This document shows, piece after piece, positions 24,269 through 36,396 of a DNA stretch of 64,000 bases. Position 1 is the stretch's first letter. Every line of letters begins with the position of its first letter. The position numbers and the translations under genes are program-made. This DNA comes from Xylographa opegraphella (lineage: Eukaryota), in NCBI GenBank assembly GCA_022813865.1, contig JALDZX010000038.1, positions 62,001 through 126,000 on the forward strand, read 5' to 3'. The notes beneath the pieces are model-generated. The model had not been told where the DNA came from. It ran no database searches and saw nothing but the letters and a program-made list of their open reading frames with translations.

Positions 24269-25213
24269 ATGGCTTCCTCAATCGAAACAACGTCGGCTTC
24301 GGATATCTTCCTTGACCTTGTGCCCTTCACCGTCATAGGCTGTGCAGTTGGCTTCCTGGTCCTCCTGTGGCGTCCTCGGGTTAAAGAAGCGCTGGAGACG
24401 GCCAGAGCAGGCGCAATACCTCGGCGAAAATGGTCGTGTTCAGTCATTATATTTGTGATAGCATTTGATGGGATACTCGAGTGTATATTATTCTTCCAAT
24501 TCCTCTACGCTCTATCCACCGTCCTTGACAATGCATCAAAGGATGAGAGATATTCTGGAGGAATCTGGGATGCAATACATTTTTTGATGTTCTTTATATA
24601 TGGTATCACGTGGGGGATGTCACTCGCTCTATGTATCTTTGGTTTCTTTAAATTTGTAACGATCTTGCTGGAACTTCACGGCTTGACTGTTTGGCTTTTA
24701 CCTCGGAAGCGCAGCACATCATCAGAGGCTTCAGTGCCAACAGAAGTGGATACGGATGTTGAAGTGCAGCTTGACCACCTGCGTAGTATTGAAGTGTCAA
24801 CAACTGGGAACCAACATCTATCCTGTGGAGAGCCGGAAAGGCAAAGCGAAACTGTTGAAAGAGTGGTAGAAGCAAATCTCGCGGAACATCAAACGATTTC
24901 CCGGCATCCAGTGGAAGATGACAGCAATCCCGGAAGGAGACTGCCGTCCACCACATACAGTCAAGACCAGGATACAGAAAGTGCTGGCGAAGAGTCGGGT
25001 AACAGATCAGAAGTCTACACTCCACCAACGTCGAGTGGTTCCGAGGCCGGCGACTTTCATTCGTTAAACCACGGTTCCTCCGATTCATCATCAGACGGAG
25101 GGAATATGTCAGAAGACGCAGATGATACGTCAGCACTATATGCTGCTCTTGCTCAAAGACTGGATGCAGAGGTAGACGATATCGATTCGGAAAGACGTAA
25201 GCCTGACTTCTGA
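24269..25213 (+). CDS. Hypothetical membrane protein (about 3 TM segments plus acidic Ser-rich tail)
   Basis: Intronless 314-aa ATG-initiated ORF with three hydrophobic stretches in the N-terminal half. No recognisable family. Confidence 0.65.
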   Translation: MASSIETTSASDIFLDLVPFTVIGCAVGFLVLLWRPRVKEALETARAGAIPRRKWSCSVIIFVIAFDGILECILFFQFLYALSTVLDNASKDERYSGGIWDAIHFLMFFIYGITWGMSLALCIFGFFKFVTILLELHGLTVWLLPRKRSTSSEASVPTEVDTDVEVQLDHLRSIEVSTTGNQHLSCGEPERQSETVERVVEANLAEHQTISRHPVEDDSNPGRRLPSTTYSQDQDTESAGEESGNRSEVYTPPTSSGSEAGDFHSLNHGSSDSSSDGGNMSEDADDTSALYAALAQRLDAEVDDIDSERRKPDF

Positions 25214-26210
25214 TTTTAAGTCGTGGCTGAGCTGATATTCATCTCTAGCCGGCGACTCAACATGACTTACGGGACTTAAAAGACTTCCAAGTTGGCAAGG
25301 ATTGTCGACAGTGTCTCACGCGAGGAAATGGTCGGCAAACATTTCTTGCTATACTGTTTGGATTACTACAGAGTCAAGTCTCCTCCTTGTAAATATATAG
25401 AGTAGATGATGACATCCTCCGCGTCTTAGAACGGAAGGTGTCACAGTCGTCAACGGAAATGTTACCCGTTTTGGAATAAAGGCTTTCACACATTTACTTC
25501 TCCCATCTGACGAATGGGACAGAGACGCCATTTTAATACTACGTACTACTTTCCCGGTCGGGCTCTTTACCATCATTGGCGGTGCTTGCTTTTCATACTG
25601 ATATCCCATACGTCGTGTTTCCACGATAGTATACTTGCGACAGTGACATACTTGTAAGCGTCTGCCGCGGTCACCTTAAAGTTATCTCATTGTGGTGTGT
25701 CTGCGAGTGCTTTGGAGGACGTTTGACAGTGATGGCAAATACGGCCTTACTGAAATAATGAAGCTGTCCACTGCACCTATTATTGGGCACCCAAATCAGG
25801 GGCCTGCTCTTCGATGCAAGCATCAATAATTTCATGTGAACAGCTAGACTTATTTGGTCCCCCGCATGGCAGGTGAGCACGTCTCATTCACAGGTTCATA
25901 TATTGAAAAGCACAGCAATAACAACGAACACGTTTCCAAGTTGACAGGTATTATAACTATTATTATCAAAGCTCCCCACCATTGAAAGGATGAAGGGAAC
26001 ATCAGGATGACACCATAAGATGCAAGCATTCAGATGGTGGAATGCTAGCATGCTGTGCCCTCAGCGAAACCTGGCACGCATTACCTGCGGTTATGCCGAG
26101 TTTCATACTGACGCTGTGGATGGCAAAGAATTTTTTTCCCCGAGAATTGTATGGCTCGGATCACACCATCTTCGGTACAAAGGCAGGAACAGATGCAAGC
26201 GTAGCCACGC

Positions 26211-27564
26211 TTATTTGTTCTTCAAAACCTCCACGACAACTACAACAATAATGACAATAACGAGAATTATAAGGACTGGCCTCACGTCAGCCAAGGTGCC
26301 ACTATCCACTCATTACAGGGGACCTTACTAGCAATACCCAGACAGTACCACTTCTTTCTGTTCGCAGCTCGGGCTTTGGTGATTGCTCCATCCAGTTGAG
26401 TGTTGCCTTGAGTAACGTTGTCATGAATGACATCGGATTTTGTTGCAATATCATTGACGGCTACCTCCTGTATCACCACATTTTGGTTGAATGTAGTGAA
26501 TAGGGCTGATATCTCAGCTAGGTCACGCTCGATCTTTCGTAGCACTTCATGCCTGCCTTCTACTGCTCGTAATGTAGACTGTGATTGCCCGCGGCGATCA
26601 CTCATGAGCTGTCACATAATCAGAACATATGTAGCTATGGAATTCGGGGATCATACCGCGTTTCTGAACACATTCTCCCCCGTGTTTGCTTTGGCAGCGT
26701 CATTGGCTTCTTGTTCAGTTGCGTCAGGGCGCACAATCCGGAATTGTCTTTTCAATTGTTCCTGAATATTGGTCTCGTATGCGTGGTTAGATCGATCATA
26801 TTCATTCATGGCTTTGAACAGCTTGTCTCTGGTGATTTGAATGTGACTCGCATTCGCCGGTTGATCCGCGCCTGGAGTGCTCCTAATTTTATTCATACGA
26901 TGCACAAAATTAGTGTACGTATTCTTGATCTCTGTCGAGAGGTTATCCAGTTGTCTTCTGGACTGGGAATTTGAGCTGGAATCGGGGTCGTTGAGTGCCT
27001 GGGTTTGCAGACGTTTGAGGTCATCGAGGCTCCGCTCCATCCTATCAATCGCCTGATTGAGGTCTCGGCAGTCATTCAGAATTTGCCGCGGGTCACGTTG
27101 CTTTTGTTGACCATATGCTCCAGCTCCTCCATTTAAATTGGTCATCGGAATGTTACTGTGATTCTGCACAGACATATCTGGGTTCAATTTTAGCAATCGT
27201 ACGTATATCTTGGCTGTAAATCACCAACTTTGCTCCTCGTCATAAGTTGTTGCTGACGGCGCAGTGTACGGATTGCTTGGTTGTGATTGAGAATATGGAT
27301 TTGCAGACTGCGCAGCACCATAAGGATTCCCGGGTTGTTGGCTGTATGGATTTGTTGCTTGCTGGCCATAAGGATTCGCGGCCGGCTGTTCATACGAGTT
27401 CCCAGCCGGCTGGTCGTAGCGATTATTGGTCTGGCCGTAGCCAGACTGATTACCGTAACCTCCGTACTGCTAAAATTGTTGCGTTAGCCACTAGGCGCAT
27501 ATATGAAGTGAGGATGGAGGTCAAGGCTCCGCGAAGAGGACTGGACTGGGAATCTTACTGCCAT
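26211..27564 (-). CDS. SSO1: Plasma-membrane syntaxin (Sso1/2-type Qa t-SNARE)
   Basis: Five exons including a 6-nt first exon (ATGGCA). Habc region, RQFRIVRPDATE, SNARE motif (VEGRHEVLRKIERDLAEI...ARAANRKKWYCL) and a C-terminal TM helix. Confidence 0.92.
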
Positions 27565-28436
27565 CCTGACTAGGCGGAACCCCTTAGATAAACAGTGCAC
27601 GAAACCTGCGCGCAAGGTAGGGAAGACGAAAGCAGAAATGCGGAAGATCAGAGGTCAGTCAAAGAAGGTACTGAAGTAGTTATGTACAGTAATGTTGTTG
27701 CCTTGTTAGATGGGGAGTTGGGTTGGCGGGTCTGGCTGACGGAGGACAGGTGAGTGTTAGCTGAGGAATTTGAGTTTGAGTTTCGCGGAAGGCGGCGCTT
27801 GTACGGATCGGGCACGGCAGGGCTGCTGGCCCCGGAAGGAAATTGGGCTGAAGCTCGAAATGTTTTACTACACGGTTCAATATTCGTGGTCGGATTCAGA
27901 ACAGTGGAGAAGGGGGAATTGACGCTGTCGCGCATCTGTGAAAAAATGATGGATCTTTATGCCCATTACCCTACCTTAAGTCCTATGCTTACTGAACACC
28001 ATCTGACATCCGCACTAGGTCCTAGCTCATACCTTCAACGGCCTAATCTTAGTTCTGTGGCGGTACGGAGTACGAGTACTGCCCAAACAAGCTCAGCCAC
28101 GATATGGTGATTTAAGCAAAATCTGACGAAAGGAGAACCGCACATTGTATGACTAGTACTTATGTGGCTCCTACTATATGTATACGAGATTATTTTATTG
28201 AAAGGGTCGCTGATGACTTCTAAGGTTCTATGTTGTTGTTACAAGACGTACCTAACCCTTGAGCTCGTTCGTAGTGAATTGCATGCATATCGAAGTGCCT
28301 CATGCTCATCATCAAGGCGTGATTTCTCACGACGTCCACACCTGGCCAGCATATGCTCACATATGCTAGAGGTCCATGCCTGACGGACGCCTGCGGAACG
28401 CCGCTTAGGGTACGTCAATCATTACGCATAAAATCC

Positions 28437-29919
28437 TCAGTCCCATCTCGACTTCTCGTTGCCGCCTTCCCAGTGCTTGCCTATGTAGCCCAGTTGCTTC
28501 TTTACTTTCGCAACCTCATCCTGGTCTCCGGTGTTCTTCCCTAGATCATCGCTAAGTTTGATGGCGGGATGGCCCTCCGCAGACGCGAGCTTGATTACGA
28601 TATTGAGCGGGACTGACTTGACACCGCTCGACAGGCTTTTGAAGTCATCTATAGCTATCAGCAAACAGGTCGAACCAAGGTATAGCGAACACACTTGTCA
28701 GGAAAGTCCCTATTCCGAATGTGGGTATGAACCCTGCCCGTTCTGCGCTCCGTTTGTACTCTAGGCATCTGTCCACATTCAATGAATCCGAGAATACTAT
28801 CGTACGACCATTAGGGAGATTCATAGTCTGATAAAACCTCCGCATTGTGTCAATGTACTCCAGCGGATCTCCAGAGTCCTGGCGAACACCGGTGAAAATC
28901 TCTGCATAGGTTGGCACTTTTTGAGTATCACTACCTGTACTAGAAGCGTCGCGATTGATCAAATCTTCGGGTATCGATTGTCCAAAAATCTTGAGGAATG
29001 CCGGGGTTCCAAAAGTGTCAGTCAACGCAACTGCAAGAACGCCAATCCCAAAGCATTTGGTCCAATTTCTCAGACCAGTACGGGTGGCATCCTCATAGTT
29101 ATTCTCACTCGCGGCGATTCCCATGAACCATTCATGTGCCATCGTCCCTATGGGCTGCAGATCGTACTGCTTCGCAAAGTAGACGTTACTCGTACCGGTG
29201 AGTTTACCTGAACAATCTTGACAGTCTTGTGTGGCTCTCTTGAGTCCTTGAATCACTCGGTGCTGTGTCTCTGCATCTCTTCTTCGCCGTGTACCAAATT
29301 CGGAGAAAATGCAGCCCCCTTGCAGTAGTTTGGTTCCCTTCTCGTAAGCATTCTCCTCTTGCCCGTCATAGTTCCAGTCGCGATCACAGAATTTGAAGTA
29401 CGCTTCGCTGACAAGAGCGAGCAGCGGAATCTCGTAGAGGATGGTATCTACCCAGAGACCTTCGACCAGGAGATTGATATCTCCATGTGTCTCTGAAACA
29501 GCCACATACTGTAGCTTGATATGCTGTGATGTATCAAATCGGAAGTGACGTAGGAATTCCAAATATTCAGCTCTGAGATAAGGACATTTTGACTTGAGCC
29601 AGTCGTGTTCCTCGCTAGACAAGAACAAATTATTCAAAGCTACATTTATTAGCACCTACGAGTCCGTAGGCCTGGAATCCTACTTTCGACTTGAGACTGC
29701 ACCCATCGGAACGCTGCATGGCTCAATCGCATATCAGGTGTACGGTTTGTGAACTTGTAGGTTACATCTGTTGGTCAGTAGAGTACAGTCACCAGAACGG
29801 GGCAATGATATACGTGTTTTTGGGAAGAACTGAAGCACTGCACATTGCATTGTCAATTTGTACAAGTCGGTGTCAAGCACGGATAGTACGCCCTCTGGGT
29901 TGCTTTGAGAGCGCTCCAT
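28437..29919 (-). CDS. NPT1: Nicotinate phosphoribosyltransferase
   Basis: Four exons. SVLDTDLYKLTMQ, ILYEIPLLALVSE, SEFGTRRRR, GTSNV, GTMAHEW, LTDTFGT, GVRQDSGDP, FSDSLN, PLNIVIKL, KLSDDLGKNTGD. Confidence 0.97.
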
Positions 29920-30708
29920 TCTGTAGGTCTGTTGGGGATGAAGCTGAAGGTAGAGAATTGCGAGGACTCGTGAAAGAAGCTGTCTTTTTAATAGTTGTCT
30001 GAATTAGCGCCCTTATGCACCACACAGTCTAGGTTATGAAATGGCGGACAGTATTGCTTCACGATAACCTCCTTTCAGGTTCACGAGATGATTTTACATG
30101 ACGTCTTGCAAGCAGATTTCCTAGGATTATAGCTCTCGAACTAATATTTGGCAAGAAATCCAATAGTTCAATGACTTGAGATACATTACACCGACTGAGT
30201 CATTTGTACATTACTGCAAGATTTACCAGCGGTACTACTTTGTAGATAATTATTTGTGTCACTACTGCAGCTTCTATGGTAGGATCAGTGAAACTGACAA
30301 AGCATACCAAGACATTCTGACAAGTCAACCGGTTGTGACAGTCATCTGAGAGGGACAGCTATCTTCCATATTTTCAAATCGTATACATCACGTTCACTTT
30401 GATATGAGACAGTAATGAGAGTCTCTCAGTAATAGGGTAATATATCATGAATAATACCAGCAATGCTAAGTAGGGCTGAATTTGCTCGGCTATCGCTTAA
30501 GAGCGTCTATATCGCCAATTGACGCGCAATGACGTACCAGCCACAACAACCGACACAAATAATGGCTTCCAATCAAGCTGCTCATGCGAAGAAGCGCAAA
30601 ACTCACAGGAACTTTCTTCACGTCTTCTACGATTACCTGCTCAATACTCTTGTTGATATCGTACTCTTGGTCGTCATTCTCCTCGCTTGCCTCATATCTA
30701 CCATCAGA

Positions 30709-31400
30709 ATGCTACGCTGGTAAGAACACTTCTGAGGTGTGATAAGAAGAGCTTGAGCTTATATTACCACAGGTATCAGGCACGATTGGCATCACGTCCT
30801 CTGGTGACACAGAGCATTACCACTGCTGTAAGTATTGGTCTTTTGTCTAATCAGTTCATAATTAGATACTCATGAAGTTTGTCACTTAGGTTCTCTTTGC
30901 AACTGGAGATGTCTTAGCTCAGCAAATCGTAGAAGATGTCGGATCAGACAAACACGATCTTGCTCGTACCGGCCGCATGGCTTTGTATGGAGGAGGTATA
31001 TGGGTCAATCTGACTACAGGCGACTTATTAACACATGCTGACCTTCTTTCCAGCTATTTTTGGGCCCGCTGCTACTACGTGGTACAAGATTCTCCAAAGC
31101 CGGATCAACTTTCGAAGCCAGACTGGCACAATTGTAGCTCGTGTACTTGCCGATCAAACAATCTTTGCATCTACGAATCTTTTTGTTTTCTTAAGCACCA
31201 TGGCCATACTCGAGGGCTCTGATCCAAAAGCCAAGCTCAAGAGTACCTACGCTGAAGCACTCAAGAAGAACTGGATGGTTTGGCCGGCAGTGCAGTTTGT
31301 CAACTTCAGATACGTACCATTGGAGCATAGGGTCATGGTCGTCAACGTTGTGTCAATTGGTTGGAACTGCTACCTCAGTTATCTCAACAGCAAAGGTTGA
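30709..31400 (+). CDS. SYM1: Mpv17/PMP22-family inner-membrane protein
   Basis: Four exons: [34 protein letters not shown]...[10 protein letters not shown]...DQTIFA...[13 protein letters not shown]...WNCYLSYLN. Confidence 0.95.
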
Positions 31401-31994
31401 TCGTCAACTTCGTTGTAGTCCTCATCTTCATTGTACACAAGCATGGCGGATAGGAATGGAGTTGAGCGTTGCAACGGTTTGGGATGGTACCTGTGATCGC
31501 ACGAGAAACGTGCTTAGATACCCAATGAAATGATAGCAGATTCGATCATCATGATGTTGTCCTTCTAGATTAATGGTTGAATAATGCTGTGAGACGTGTT
31601 CTCATGGTATAACAAATCAAACATTTATTTGCGGAATACGTACACGATTTATCTAATCTGTAGGCGTTTGTCGAAGATCCGCCGCCTGAAGTTCTTTCGC
31701 CTCAAGTTTCCCGTTTTCGAAAGACAGAACAAACAACCAAACTTATTGCCGCGCCTTCTACTCTATGTTCACTCTCCGTTGTAGCTTCCTATCTATCTAC
31801 CAACAATACCGGCCTTTCGTCTCTTTTCTTAGCCTTCTACGCTTTTTTCAGCAAAACCTCAGTACATCAGCTTCAATACCGAGCTCTTTGCTCACTTGCG
31901 CCAATAGTCTTCTTCCGTTCACAGGTTCAGGTCATACTGACCTTAAGACTACGTTCAAAGATTTTTCACTTTTGATGAAATGATGACAAACACC

Positions 31995-32946
31995 ATGGCC
32001 ACCATTGAGACCCCCAGTGCTCAGTCAGCGAATCCGTCCTCACCAGTCCCTCTCGACACGATTCCAGTCTCGCCCGCAGATGGAAAACCCTCAGATGGAA
32101 AATCCTCAGATGGAAAACCCTCTGATGGCGATACCTCACCAAACGGTACGACAGCGAAGAAAGAGTACAAGGAAACAGATCAAATCACCGTCTTCCACGA
32201 CCCGGACAACTTCAACGTGAAGCATCCACTGATCCACAAATGGACACTGTGGTTCACAAAGCCACCTAGTGGGAAGGTAATGTGAATTCTATGTTGCCAG
32301 ATAAAGGCCTTTGCTGACCTTGTCAGGGGGACAATTGGAACGATCTACTTAGAGAGGTTGTGACATTTGATTCGGTGGAAGAGTTCTGGGGCGTTTTCGT
32401 AATGCTTCCTCAATGTTCACTCATGTCCCATGTCATTGGCTAACTCTAGCTATGCAGAACAACATCGCACCTACTTCAGAACTAGCCGTCAAATCAGATT
32501 ATCACCTATTCAAAGAAGGGGTGCGCCCGGAATGGGAGGATCCTCAAAACAAGCACGGTGGAAAGTGGTCATATTCGTATCGGGAGAAGAAGAGTGTCCA
32601 GATCGACGAGAATTGGCTGAGCATGTTGCTCGCCGCTATCGGCGAGACCCTCGAGAACGAGAATGACGGTGAGGTGATGGGCGTGGTGGTCAATGTTCGG
32701 AAAGGCTTCTACCGCATAGGAGTCTGGACCAAGACGGTCGGGAAAGCTATTCCTGGAGGTGGAGACGGCGACGTGGCGGGTGGCAAGGGACGAAGTCCGG
32801 AGAAGAGTAAGGAGATCCTGATGGGCATAGGACGCAAGTTCAAGGAGGTGCTGAGATTGGATCCGTCGGAAGTCGTGGAGTTCTCGGGGCACACGGAGAG
32901 TGCGCACAGTGGGAGTACGAGAGCCAAGGCGAAGTTCTCGGTCTGA
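31995..32946 (+). CDS. CDC33: Translation initiation factor eIF4E
   Basis: Three exons. KHPLIHKWTLWF, SVEEFWG, DYHLFKEGVRPEWEDPQNKHGGKW, VVNVRKGFYRIGVW. The start is taken at caccATGg; an in-frame ATG also exists at 31980. Confidence 0.96.
32077..32128 (+). repeat. 15-bp coding tandem repeat (about 3.5 copies, DGK[P/S]S) in the eIF4E N-terminus
   Basis: CAGATGGAAAACCCT / CAGATGGAAAATCCT / CAGATGGAAAACCCT / CTGATGG. Confidence 0.9.
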
Positions 32947-33686
32947 GGAGGTGAAAAAATTGTTCTTCCTGATATGGATGTCTGGGCACTTTCAGAGTTT
33001 ACAATCTGGCGGATGGATGCCGAATGATGGCGTTAACGCTACGAGCTCCAGGCATAAGTGGAATACTTGAGATGAGATCATGCCTATTCGAAAAGTGTTT
33101 TTGGCTTCTGGCTGGCTGGCTATTTAGCAGGTGTGGTCTTGCTGAGCCTTTATGCACTCAAGGCCCTCTAGACATAGAGAGCCCTTGGCTGCTCCGTGAG
33201 GGACAGAACTCTGCCAACTGTACATTGATTCCAAAGAGCTGCGGTAGATAGGTCCCTGCAAAAAGAGGGACTGAAAACTGGACTATCACTTGCGAATCAG
33301 AGGTGGTAGTGCTCAGGGAGTTTTCTGTAACCTCTACACCTCATTTGTATATGTAACAAACAGTAACTTTAATCCAAAGTAAGAGTTAGATCAGCTGTTG
33401 TAAATACTCTGGATATCTTGGATTCGACGTAGCATTGGTAATCTGATACCAAATTGTTCCTGATCTGTCACTCTTCACCATAGATGTCAACCGTCTGAGA
33501 CAAATCGTCTCGACCGATTAGACTGCGGCAGGGCCAGGACATTTACGGTCAGTGCCCAAGGAGCATATGATTACATTTACGTTCTTGTACTAGATTATCC
33601 AACTTGACGATAGTAAGCATTCCAACATGCGTGAGAACATTCCCTTTCCACGAATCGAAGTAAGGTAAACAGGCCTAGTATATTAA

Positions 33687-35717
33687 TCATGAAGACGGAG
33701 GATCGCCAAAGACCTCCTTTACAAGATTCTTCTTGTTGACTATAGCTTATTAGCTTTCAGGAACCTCGTTCAATAGATTCTCTTAACTTACTTTTCCCCA
33801 TTGCGTTCCGCGGGAGTGCGTCCTGGAGGATTTTCAACTCTTGAGGTATCTTGTAATTGGCAAGACGATCCTTAAGCGCCCGTCGCATATCCATGACACC
33901 CCAGGCTTTACCGCCTTTGCCACTATTGGCATACTCAGGGTTCAAAACTATCACGGCGGCGACCTTTTGACCCCATTGCTCGGAAGGCAAACCAACAACT
34001 GCGGCCTCGGATATTTGCGGTCTGGCAGAAAATCAGCATCTGAAGCAGTGATATAGAGCTGCGAAGATATAACGTACAATGATAAAAGCTCTCTTTCGAT
34101 CTCCAATGCACTGACTTTCTCACCCCCTGTTTTGATGATATCCACACTCTTTCTCCCTCGAATAAAATACATAGGCCCTCTAGCCCATTCCTCGCCACTT
34201 TCCCCAGCACCATCTACGACCTTCCTCGTCGCAACATCGCCAGTCTTAAACCAGCGGCCTTTGCCATCCTCGCCTTCAACGAATTCTTCTGTCGTCGCCT
34301 TCGGATTTCTCCAATATTCTTTGAATATCGTAGGCCCGCGTAATTGTATCTCCCCTTCCCGCTCTTTTCCGTCCGTATCTACTTCTGCACCTATCTTTAT
34401 GACTTCGTGAGTCTCCGAATCCACTAACCTTGCTTCAACTAATGGTAGAGGCCATCCGACGCTGCCATCTACACGGTCTTTGAAATCGAGTCCACAACTC
34501 AAGGCCATTCCCACCTCGGTCATACCATATCGTTCCAGTAAAATATTACCCCCACTTAAATCTGCCCAAGCGGCTTTAGTTGGCGTTGGTAGGGCGGCGG
34601 AACCAGATATGTTAAGCCGCATATTGTCTGGGGACATTGCTATCTTTGCCGCTTCTTTTAAAGGCGGAGACAGGCTTTCAAATGAAGAAAGAAGCCGATT
34701 GTATATAGTCGGGACAACTGTCAAAAAAGTTATTTTTTCTTTTTTCGACTCTTCAGCATTATCTCTTGATATAAAGGGCGCTGCAAGCCGATCCCAAACT
34801 GCATTCACATTGAAAGGAAACAGGAACTCGACGGTAGAACCGGCAAAAAGCGGTGTCAAGAGTGCATTGATTGTACCATGAATGTGATGTAGCGGAAGAA
34901 CATGAAGTAGATGATCGTTGGTCGTATACTTCCAGGCTGTAATAAGAGATTGTGCTTGCGCAGTAAGGACGGGTTCTGGCAGTAATACACCTTTCTAGAT
35001 TACTCTTAGATTACTCTTTGACATTGGATGTTTTCGATCGTGTGAACTCACAGGACGGCTGGTTGTCCCCGAAGTATACAACATCATCCCACTTTGGTTG
35101 TCCTTTGACTTCTCGAGTTGTGCCTTGCTCTCCACTGAGGACCGCCCAAGCTTCTTTTCAATTTGGCCTACTATAGGTTTTTTCTCCAATCCCTCCTTGA
35201 CCACTTCATCTGTTTTGGATCGAAACTTTTCGGACGATAGGAGCATAAGAGCTTCACTGTTGTCCAGGATATATCTCAATTCGTTTGCCGGGAACCCGGA
35301 GGACAACGGTACAGCAATTGAGTTGCTTCCGAGTATGGATAGCAACGTCACTTTGACTGTTAGTATATCAGACATCTCCAATTGATATCTCATCATCGCA
35401 CCTACATAGTCATAGCCATTTTCCACCAGGAAAGCTATCCTTTGCCCATCGGTACCTGTACTTCCCGCCAAAGTCTGAATCTTCTCTTTGGCATCCGCAA
35501 CATCATCGAGTAGTTCCCCGTACGAGAAGCTTCGTCCTGAAATGGAATGTATGACTGCAGTGCTTTTCGGATCGTGACCGGCAATGGCTTCAAGGACAAG
35601 GAGGTGTGGTAATGTGGACGCCATGCGATATAACGACGGAATTCTAAACTGGGTTCTAGTGATTTTTTTGACTTGTAAAGTAGAATTATAGGCACGAAGA
35701 AATGGCCGCACCAACAT
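33687..35717 (-). CDS. AMP-dependent acyl-CoA synthetase, ACSF3/malonyl-CoA synthetase-like
   Basis: Five exons. YTSGTTSRPKGV, LHVLPLHHIHG, ERYGMTEVGMALS, WFKTGD, GRKSVDIIKTGGEKVSALEIE and LPRNAMGK. Presequence-like N-terminus. Confidence 0.9.
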
Positions 35718-35946
35718 TGTGAGCCGTATGAGAGAGCTGTGAAGCTCAGGACGTGACTATCGTGTGGGGAGAGCTCGAAGAAACCCCATGACGTCGCCAA
35801 GCAGAAGACTTGCGGCATCTCTTTTCGGCCAGTCACGAATTCAGCTTCGGCTCGGGTCAGATAACTTCTCCAGGCATTAAGGCATTCTAGGCTACACATT
35901 TGTGATAGCAGAATAACTACAATTCTTCACAGGGTCCAATTATCAG

Positions 35947-36396
35947 ATGTTCAGACCCGGAATTCTTCGACTGACCAGACATATGTCGGCACAGTCGTTG
36001 ACCCCGGTGGAGGATGCCATGCGGACGAAGGTAAGATCTACATTCCCAAACGCAGACGACCCTTTCTAAACCATTAGGTAGATCACGCAGGCTCTGAATC
36101 CAACGAATCTCGAGATCTACAACGACTCCAGTAGCCATTCACATCACAAAGCCATGCAGGGGACCGTATCTAAAGAGACCCATTTCAGACTGGTTATTGC
36201 CTCAGAAGCGTTCCGTTCCAAGATGCAGCCAGCCAGGCATCGCATGGTTTACGCTTTGCTCAAGGACGAATTAGAACGGGCTGGTGGGATCCATGCATTG
36301 CAGCTGAAAACACGGACACCCGAGGAGGAAGAAAGATTAATGGCGCAGGAGCGAGCCGAGAAGGGCCAGCATGTTGCAGACGTTGAGAATAAATAA
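35947..36396 (+). CDS. BOL1: BolA-family protein (Bol1-type)
   Basis: Two exons: MFRPGILRLTRHMSAQSLTPVEDAMRTK|ITQALNPTNLEIYNDSSSHSHH...ETHFRLVIASEAF...ARHRMVYALL...GIHALQLKTRTPEE. Confidence 0.92.

Noticed and set aside
33670..33790. Cryptic peroxisomal isoform of the acyl-CoA ligase via readthrough or last-intron retention
   Set aside because: Readthrough ends in LIY* and retention ends in RGS* (its SKL is internal). Neither is a PTS1, and I saw no TGA-CTA context at the other stops I checked.
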